Positions 57,728 through 64,000 of a stretch of 64,000 nt of DNA are shown here, piece after piece; position 1 is the stretch's first letter, and each line of letters starts with the position of its first letter. The notes under the pieces are model-generated. The model was not told the origin of the DNA, made no database searches, and worked only from the letters and a program-made list of their open reading frames with translations. Made by a program: the position numbers and the translations under genes. Source of the stretch: an uncultured Anaerolinea sp. (GTDB lineage Bacteria; Chloroflexota; Anaerolineae; Promineifilales; Promineifilaceae); the NCBI GenBank assembly GCA_964504445.1, contig CAZDEO010000003.1, positions 21,690 through 85,689 of the forward strand, in the 5' to 3' direction.

Positions 57728-58285
57728 ATGACTGCAAAAATTATCACCGTCTTTGGTAGCTCTGCTCCCCAACCAGGCAGCTCGGCTTATGAGCAAGCGT
57801 GGCATGTGGGGCAACTTCTGGCCGAGGCTGGCTTTGCTGTAGCTACCGGCGGCTATGGGGGAACGATGACGGCCGTTTCCCAGGGCGCGGCAGAAGCGGG
57901 CGGCCACGTCATCGGCGTCACCTGCGAGCAGATTGAGCAATTCCGGTCCGGTGGGGCAAACCGCTTTGTGGCTGAGGAAATTCGCTACCCCACTCTGAGA
58001 GAGCGATTGCTGCACCTGGTGATCCACAATGCAGGTATGATCACCTTGCCTGGTGGCATTGGAACATTATCTGAAATGGCCCTGGCATGGAGCTTTTTGC
58101 AAGTGGGTGAAATCAGCCCACGCCCGCTGGTACTGCTGGGGGACATGTGGCCTCCCGTGGTAAATGGCGCCCTGTCAGGTGGCTATGTCTCTGTCGCCCA
58201 CTACAAACTACTGGCTTTTGCCGATACGCCAGAAGCCGCCGTTGCCCTCGTAATCCATTGGCCTGGCGATTTTTCTAAGGACTAA
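57728..58285 (+). CDS. LOG/TIGR00725-family protein (lysine-decarboxylase-like nucleotide phosphoribohydrolase fold)
   Basis: 185 aa with ITVFGSS...ATGGYGGTMTAVSQGA...PGGIGTLSE. Confidence 0.8.
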   Translation: MTAKIITVFGSSAPQPGSSAYEQAWHVGQLLAEAGFAVATGGYGGTMTAVSQGAAEAGGHVIGVTCEQIEQFRSGGANRFVAEEIRYPTLRERLLHLVIHNAGMITLPGGIGTLSEMALAWSFLQVGEISPRPLVLLGDMWPPVVNGALSGGYVSVAHYKLLAFADTPEAAVALVIHWPGDFSKD

Positions 58286-59129
58286 CGATTATTTTTTCCC
58301 AACCGCTAGATTCAGGAAATAGATGCCAGACATTGCCGTCACTGGCTTGAAGATAAGTGTGATTATATTTGACCAGAGTCGTCCATTGGATTACGGTGCC
58401 GAACCCTACTTCTGGCTCTGTTGCCCAACCCAATCGCTCCCGCACCATCTCATTTTCACACCAGAGATAGCCAAAGCCACGGACTGGATGGAGCTTGCCC
58501 TCTGGGGGCGGCCCTAGATCGCAAATTGGGTCACCATTCCAACTATCGCTAAATGTGCTTACTTTGGGGTACAGGGTGTCCGCAAACAGCACAATGATAT
58601 TATCCAACGTGCCAACCCAAATCATGACACCGCCCTCAAACAACTGCTCAGCGGCAGGAGAAAAAACAGGCGCAGTAGGGCAGCCACCAAGCGGTGGGTC
58701 AAAAAACCAGGTATCCGGACAGATGACGGTAATGGTCACCCCTGCCGCCACGTGGTTGCCAGTGACGGAATTGAACGCATCCAGCATAAAAAGAATGGGG
58801 TTTCGTTCCCAATCAGGAACGATATGGGTGTGAATGCCGCTGGCGGGTAGGCCTTCCCACCACTCCGCTGGACGGTAATCCCAGAAACGGGTAAGTACAA
58901 TCTGGTCTGCTCCGGTAACTTCCCAAGTTAGCGTGACAGTTTGGCCAGGATCAGCATGGTCTGGGGCCACTTGAAAAGAGAGGATGATTGGTTCAGAAGG
59001 TTTGGCTATAAGTGGCAGATAGGCAAAATTCTCTACCGTTTGCTGAAGGGTGTTTTGTGCAACCACGGCCGTGGTTGCCAGCAATAAAACCACCAACACC
59101 CCTAAAGGCCAAAACCGTCGCCGATTCAT
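58275..59129 (-). CDS. Secreted hypothetical protein
   Basis: 284 aa. A signal-like N-terminus (RRRFWPLGVLVVLLLATTAVVA) is followed by the YLPLIAKP motif (aa 37-44), then a Cys- and Trp-rich domain. Confidence 0.6.
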   Translation of the reverse strand: MNRRRFWPLGVLVVLLLATTAVVAQNTLQQTVENFAYLPLIAKPSEPIILSFQVAPDHADPGQTVTLTWEVTGADQIVLTRFWDYRPAEWWEGLPASGIHTHIVPDWERNPILFMLDAFNSVTGNHVAAGVTITVICPDTWFFDPPLGGCPTAPVFSPAAEQLFEGGVMIWVGTLDNIIVLFADTLYPKVSTFSDSWNGDPICDLGPPPEGKLHPVRGFGYLWCENEMVRERLGWATEPEVGFGTVIQWTTLVKYNHTYLQASDGNVWHLFPESSGWEKIIVSP

Positions 59130-59303
59130 GACAGCCTCCTTGGGAACCGAATTGTCCCCTAGTAGGAACCGACGGGCACAGTGTGGGCAGCGTGTTAGAA
59201 TGAAAACTTATTTTCAGTATAGAATACTTCAAAACGCTTTCCATTAAAGAGATGTGAAATAGAAGGGTCACCAAGCTCACCTCCAATTTTCTCTCAGGCA
59301 ATT

Positions 59304-61211
59304 TTACGGCCGTAACTTTTCGCGGAAAAAGTCTGTCATACGCGTGTATACCGTCACCCGATTTTCAAACTTCAAGACGTCGTGACCTTCGTCAGGAAAA
59401 AGTAGGTAGTCCACCTCTTTACCCAAACCTTGCAATTCCTCAACCAACTCGCGCGATTCTTGTTCAATAACCCGCGGGTCGTTTTGCCCCTGTACCACCA
59501 ACAAAGGGCATTGAATCTGGTGAATGTAGGTGCGCGGTGAACGCTCCTGTAAGAAAGGCTGCTCCGTCTCCGGGTCACCCACCATCGCTTTCATAAAAGG
59601 TTTCCAGGTTTCTGGCACCCGCTGGGCAAATTTCGTCAAGTCGTAGGGGCCAAACATATCCACAGCCGCTGCCCACAACTCCGGATGGCGACCAGCCAAA
59701 GTAAGAGTCATGAAACCACCGTAAGAACGACCCACAACGCCGGCACGGCTAACATCCAGGCGCTCGTCCTGGGGAAGCACCTCCGTCATGGCGTAGACGT
59801 GGTCTAGCCGGTCTTGCCCGCCCCAGTCGCGCACAACCCGCTTCATGTATGCAAAGCCGTATCCGGTACTGCCGCGCACATTGGGTACAAAAACGGCAAA
59901 GCCATTGAGGGTGAGGAATTGGATGAAAGGCATGGAAAACCAGGCAAAGTCGGGCCGTTCCTGACTTTGTGGGCCGCCGTGGACGTAGTAGATTAACGGC
60001 CATCTCCCCCCAAACCCTAACCGTTCTGCCGGCAAGTAAAGTCGGGCAGATATGCGTAGCCCGTCATAAGAGATAAAGGAGGCGTCTTCTCCTGCAGACA
60101 GCAAGTCCGGGGCTATACCCAACACGCGCTCATCAGTATGCCGTTGAATCTGGTCTCGCGCCGTACCCCCAATGGTGTAGAGCTGGGTCGGTGAGGTAGC
60201 GGTAGAAAAGGAAAGGGCAAAGCGGTCCCCTGCTTCATCATAAGTCACCGATTCTAGCACGCCGTTGGTCAGTTCCCCCGCACCGCACAACAAATGGACC
60301 AGGTTCATCGTCCAGGTAGATTCGTCTAATTCGCCTTCATACAGCCAGGTGCAGCCGTCTATGTTGAACTGTACCATGTACCGGTGACCGGTAAGGTGCT
60401 CTAACTCTTCCAGCTCCCCCACCCCGTTGTGCCGGATGCCGTGCAGTTTGATGGGTGTGATGTTTGTAGGGTCACTGAAGGGCATGTAGGCCAGGCTATA
60501 ACTGTCGTCGAAGAGAATGCTAGAAAAGATGAGGCCCTGTCCATTGGCGGCAAAGTGGAGGTTGCTTACGGCCGTTGCCTCGGCCTGTTGCCCCGCCTGC
60601 CGTTGGGCCAGCGTGACACCATAAAAATGTTGCGGCGTTTTGTCGGCGCGGCTGGCCCGGTAAAGCACCGAATCCCCCACGCCAAATTGCTCCGCCAGGA
60701 TGAACTGGTCATTGCTTTCGTTAACGCCCACAGGAAACATGCCGAACTTGCCCTCACCAATCTTTTCCAGTGTGCCAGTGGCCAACTCGGCCAGATAGGA
60801 GGTGAAAAGTGATTCGCGGCGCGATTGGGCAATGAAATAGACGCTGTTTTGCGCTAGCTTTTCCCCAACTGCCATCACACTGTGATGGGGAAACACCTCC
60901 CGAAAGGGGAATTCTGGATAACCACCCGCCAGGGGAATGAGGGCCGGCTGATAATTTTCATCGCCATCCTGGTCAATCATGACCAGAATTTGCCCCAGAT
61001 CGGGGAAAACAATGAAGGAGCGACCTTCAATGAGGTGCGGGTTTTGCAGGGCGATGTTGCCCGGCAGCAAGGGTTGGGGCACACTGCCACCCAGTTTCAT
61101 GACATAAAGGCTGTTACGGCCGTTCAGATTGCTGATGAAGTATATCTGGTCACCAACAACCTGCGGCGTCAAAAACAGCCGGGCTGATAGAAACGATTCA
61201 ATCCGAAACAT
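59304..61211 (-). CDS. S9 prolyl-oligopeptidase-family serine peptidase (beta-propeller + alpha/beta hydrolase)
   Basis: ATG 61211 (MFRIESF) has AAGGAGA upstream and is preferred over the track start 61280. The nucleophile elbow is GRSYGGF, with the C-terminal motifs QGQNDPRV and DEGH. Confidence 0.85.
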   Translation of the reverse strand: MFRIESFLSARLFLTPQVVGDQIYFISNLNGRNSLYVMKLGGSVPQPLLPGNIALQNPHLIEGRSFIVFPDLGQILVMIDQDGDENYQPALIPLAGGYPEFPFREVFPHHSVMAVGEKLAQNSVYFIAQSRRESLFTSYLAELATGTLEKIGEGKFGMFPVGVNESNDQFILAEQFGVGDSVLYRASRADKTPQHFYGVTLAQRQAGQQAEATAVSNLHFAANGQGLIFSSILFDDSYSLAYMPFSDPTNITPIKLHGIRHNGVGELEELEHLTGHRYMVQFNIDGCTWLYEGELDESTWTMNLVHLLCGAGELTNGVLESVTYDEAGDRFALSFSTATSPTQLYTIGGTARDQIQRHTDERVLGIAPDLLSAGEDASFISYDGLRISARLYLPAERLGFGGRWPLIYYVHGGPQSQERPDFAWFSMPFIQFLTLNGFAVFVPNVRGSTGYGFAYMKRVVRDWGGQDRLDHVYAMTEVLPQDERLDVSRAGVVGRSYGGFMTLTLAGRHPELWAAAVDMFGPYDLTKFAQRVPETWKPFMKAMVGDPETEQPFLQERSPRTYIHQIQCPLLVVQGQNDPRVIEQESRELVEELQGLGKEVDYLLFPDEGHDVLKFENRVTVYTRMTDFFREKLRP

Positions 61212-61254
61212 GAGAGGATCTCCTTTTGGGAAATATTGGCAGCGCAGTCGCTCG

Positions 61255-61848
61255 CTACCGGCTACGCCCCTGAGCATCATAAACGGGGAAAAAGGCCAGC
61301 GTCAGATTATAAGACTGGCTCTGAAACATGGTTTCGTTGCTTTCGGAAAGGGTCTGGTATTCCTGTAATAGCGCATCAAGACGGCCGTATAGTTCCCTAG
61401 CCTGCTCTTCCGACAAATGAAAGTTAGCCCGCAGTAGGCTTCCTTTTTGCGGCTGGCCCGTTTCCTTTAAATTTGCCAACCCAGCGCGAATGCTCTGTTC
61501 AATCTCCCGCTGGGCCATGGCAAAGAACGAGTGTAGCAGGGCTTCCACTCCACCCCTCTCAGCATCACTGGGCGACAACACCTTCTCGTCCAGCACAAAT
61601 TGACGGGCCACAGCCTGATATTGTTTCTCGATTATGCCGGACACAATTTGAGTGTCCACTACCTGGATAAACCCTTTGTCCTCCAGCAAATTAACGTGGT
61701 AATACAGCTTGGTTGGTGGCAGGTCCAATTCGGTTGCTAGCTCTTTCACAGTTCTCACCCGCTTCAACCGTTCCAGCAGTTGCAGTCGGAGTGGATGCGC
61801 CAGGGTTTTTAGCCCTTCCAGGTTAGCGATCTTAAACTCTTCCAACAT
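61255..61848 (-). CDS. ArsR-type winged-helix transcriptional regulator with C-terminal extension
   Basis: 197 aa with LKTLAHPLRLQLLERLKRVRTVKELATELDLPPTKLYYHVNLLEDKGFI. Confidence 0.75.
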   Translation of the reverse strand: MLEEFKIANLEGLKTLAHPLRLQLLERLKRVRTVKELATELDLPPTKLYYHVNLLEDKGFIQVVDTQIVSGIIEKQYQAVARQFVLDEKVLSPSDAERGGVEALLHSFFAMAQREIEQSIRAGLANLKETGQPQKGSLLRANFHLSEEQARELYGRLDALLQEYQTLSESNETMFQSQSYNLTLAFFPVYDAQGRSR

Positions 61849-61915
61849 TTCGACACAATCCCATTTGCTTCAATTTAATCATTTTAATAAATTTGAATGG
61901 TTGAGAGAAGTTTAA

Positions 61916-61979
61916 CCAGAAACGGCCGTCCTGTCAAACACAAAAATAGCTATTCTTTTCAGGCAACGGCCGTTTCTGG
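61916..61979. repeat. 14-bp perfect inverted repeat built from two ACGGCCGT copies (36-nt spacer), spanning the hydrolase stop codon
   Basis: CCAGAAACGGCCGT (61916-61929) and ACGGCCGTTTCTGG (61966-61979). Confidence 0.8.
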
Positions 61980-63110
61980 AACCTTCTCGGCCAGCCAATC
62001 CAGCATCACCTTTACTGCCAGCCCCATATTGCCCACTTGGCAATGATTCTGCGCCTCGTCCGCCCGCGTAAAGACCCGCGCCGTCAGCGACCTGGCCTGG
62101 CGCAGCGCCGCCACCTGCAAATGATGCAGCTTCATAGGGATAAAGTGATCTTCTTCGCCAGTCAAAATCAACACATCCTGCCGCACCTGCGTTGATTGCA
62201 AATTGGTCTCATTAAACGCCAACAGGGCCTGGCTGGCCTCAAAGACGCTCTTCTGCTGGGTGATGTACATCAGGTTATCAATACCCCACTTTTCCTGCGG
62301 CAGCATTTTCATCTTCCAGCTAGAAAGGGCATTGAACAGCCCCTTGTGGGTCATCAGCCAGCGGGCAAAGCTCGCCACCGGCGGCGGCGGGATTTTCATA
62401 TAATCGTAGGCAATGCTAGAAGCAATCACGCGCTGAATACGCGGCTCGTTGGCCGCCGCCCGGAAGCAGAGCCAGCCGCCCATAGAAATGCCAAGCCAGG
62501 TCACATCCTCCAGGCCGAAATGATCCAGAATGGCCTTCGCCGGGAGTTCCCAACGGTAATCAATGGGCAGGTTGTATTCTTTGAGCGGCGCGCCCTGGCC
62601 CGGTCCATCAAACATCACCACGTCATAGCCATCGCGGGCAAAGGCATAGCCAATAGACACCAGCTCTTCGATGAAAGAATCAAAGCCGCCATGCATGACA
62701 ACATGACCGCGCCGCGCCGCGCCCTGCGCTGGCAGGGTGAAACCGGTAAGGGCCGCCCGCTCGTAAGGAATTTTGAAGCGCTGCAGCGGTTCGCCGGCCA
62801 TCAGCTCATCGTAAAAGAGGGTGACGAATTTGTCGTAGAGCCGTTTTTTGTCCGGGTCACTGGGGTGGGCAAAGAATTCAGCCGCACGATAGAGGAAGGT
62901 TCCATCCATGAGCCGCCCCTCGGCCAACGCTTTGTCGGCCAGGCGGATCATTTCCGGCTTCCAATCGTCCAGACCGCGAATAGCTTGCCCGGCCTGGCGC
63001 ATATCTTCCAGGCGCACGTAGCCCAGGGAATGCCAGCGGTTGAGCTGGTAGTCAATGATTTTGGTCTTATGCAGATTGTAATACCCAATCGGAAAGGTGA
63101 ACTGTTTCAT
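61959..63110 (-). CDS. Alpha/beta-fold hydrolase
   Basis: 383 aa with the nucleophile elbow GISMGGW and GGAGG upstream inside the preceding small ORF. Confidence 0.75.
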   Translation of the reverse strand: MKQFTFPIGYYNLHKTKIIDYQLNRWHSLGYVRLEDMRQAGQAIRGLDDWKPEMIRLADKALAEGRLMDGTFLYRAAEFFAHPSDPDKKRLYDKFVTLFYDELMAGEPLQRFKIPYERAALTGFTLPAQGAARRGHVVMHGGFDSFIEELVSIGYAFARDGYDVVMFDGPGQGAPLKEYNLPIDYRWELPAKAILDHFGLEDVTWLGISMGGWLCFRAAANEPRIQRVIASSIAYDYMKIPPPPVASFARWLMTHKGLFNALSSWKMKMLPQEKWGIDNLMYITQQKSVFEASQALLAFNETNLQSTQVRQDVLILTGEEDHFIPMKLHHLQVAALRQARSLTARVFTRADEAQNHCQVGNMGLAVKVMLDWLAEKVPETAVA

Positions 63111-63115
63111 GATTA

Positions 63116-63343
63116 TTATCCTCCGTTTTTAGTGTCAGGCGGCGTTATCGCCGGGTCGTTGGCCGGCGGGTAACGCCGCAAAATTGAGAGCAGCAGCGGC
63201 ACCAACGAGGCCCAATCCTGAAAATAGTGGACGGTGTCGCTGGGAATGTGCCGCAGTTGGCCACGCCAACGAATCTGGCCATCCTCTGTAAATTCTGACC
63301 AGACTCGCAAAGTAAACAATTGAGAAGGCGGTATTTGCGCCAT
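63116..63343 (-). CDS. Small conserved-pattern protein (75 aa), second member of the family seen at 23309-23518
   Basis: ATG 63343 has a GGAGG SD and is preferred over the track start 63406. The protein reads MAQIPPSQLFTLRVWSEFTEDGQIRWRGQLRHIPSDTVHYFQDWASLVPLL... Its last codons contain the SD of the hydrolase gene. Confidence 0.6.
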   Translation of the reverse strand: MAQIPPSQLFTLRVWSEFTEDGQIRWRGQLRHIPSDTVHYFQDWASLVPLLLSILRRYPPANDPAITPPDTKNGG

Positions 63344-63422
63344 GCATAACCTCCACGGTTCACCAGGCCAGTTTCTGCGGTGAACCAGCGCCCATAGGAT
63401 AGACAATCAAGCGTTTCGCAGT

Positions 63423-63450
63423 CGTTTGGCTAAACGGCCGTTGCCAAACG
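63423..63450. repeat. 28-nt near-perfect palindrome centred on an ACGGCCGT copy in a divergent promoter region
   Basis: CGTTTGGC-TAAACGGCCGTT-GCCAAACG. The outer 8-bp arms are perfect and the centre AACGGCCGTT is palindromic. Confidence 0.75.
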
Positions 63451-63539
63451 CCGGGCCAAACGATTTACGAACGCGCTATCTGCTATGGTGGCGCCACACC
63501 GGTTTCCTTATCCCAATTTAGCATTACAGGAGAAACTCA

Positions 63540-64000
63540 TGTCTCGTCAATTTCGTTTAACGCGTATGCAATCTGCTTCAATCCTATGGTCTGGCCTGAC
63601 GGCCGTTGTCTTCTTTATCATTCTGGTCTCGGTCTGGCAGCCTGCTGTACCGGCAGCCCGCGTGTACGCCGCGCCCGCAGCCTCCCTGGCCTACAGCACC
63701 TACCTCGGCGGCGATGGCGTGGACAAAAACAAAGGCATCGCTCTGGACAGCGCCGGTAACATTTACGTCATCGGCGAAACAGGCTCAGACAACTTTCTCG
63801 GCTCCGGGCTATCTGTCACCGGTTCTTCCGACATCTTCGTCGCCAAGTTCAACCCCAGCGGCAGCACCCTGCTCTACCTGACCCTCATTGGCAGCAGCAG
63901 CTCTGACACGCCGCTGGCTGTCAAAGTAGACGGCGGCGGCAACGTCTACGCTACCGGCCTGGTCTTCGCCGACGACTTCCCCACCCACAATGCCCTCTGG
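63540..64000 (+). CDS. Secreted beta-propeller (SBBP-type) repeat protein, 5' part (runs off the window)
   Basis: Missing from the track because it is open at the window end. ATG 63540 has AGGAGA upstream. It reads MSRQFRLTRMQSASILWSGLTAVVFFIILVSVW...YSTYLGGDGVDKNKGIALDSAGNIYVIGETGSDNF...DIFVAKFNPSGSTLLYLTLIGSSSSDTPLAVKVDGGGNVYATG. Confidence 0.75.

Noticed and set aside
62196-63173. 325-aa + strand ORF antisense to the alpha/beta hydrolase gene.
   Set aside because: The opposite-strand ORF has a clear hydrolase nucleophile motif and SD. This one has no motifs and an Arg/Gly/His-rich composition.

Overview
This is a 64-kb, gene-dense chromosomal segment with variable, mostly high GC. I recognised about 50 protein-coding genes and no rRNA, tRNA or CRISPR. 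The gene content suggests a Chloroflexota-like organism, but that is a low-confidence guess: FhaA/FhaB FHA pair, ECF sigma with a DUF5667-type partner, SARP/STAND regulator, a giant beta-helix/SdrD-B surface protein, GAF-kinase/ANTAR pair.

Housekeeping genes:
- fba (partial), priA, acyl-CoA dehydrogenase, yggT/yggS, dtd, an RmlA-long type nucleotidyltransferase
- M32 and M24 peptidases, hpt, an ABC exporter, glgB, manA, rpsT, glnA
- DmpA, LOG, an S9 peptidase

Accessory or unusual content:
- One ISL3-family IS whose transposase is split at an A8 run.
- A selD gene that needs an in-frame UGA (selenocysteine) with a SECIS-like hairpin. The ORF track truncated it. It is translationally coupled to an uncharacterised 577-aa protein with a phosphorylase-like C-terminus.
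- A co-directional SARP-ATPase-TPR regulator, small protein and 2384-aa secreted protein.
- A feo locus with a split FeoB and a DtxR-FeoA-FeoA fusion.
- A tyrosine recombinase next to an orphan Flp-like pilin fusion.
- A glnA leader terminator with ANTAR-like hairpins, next to a GAF-kinase/ANTAR regulator pair.

Two sequence-level signals are not explained by genes:
1. The octameric palindrome ACGGCCGT occurs 89 times by my manual count, which is HIP1-like behaviour. It is absent from the IS and from a few AT-richer tracts.
2. A family of heptamer-phased (7-nt period) repeat blocks sits mostly in gene spacers, often as inverted blocks that form long hairpins. One block runs into the 5' end of the giant gene.

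All functional calls come from reading the translated sequences. No database search was run.
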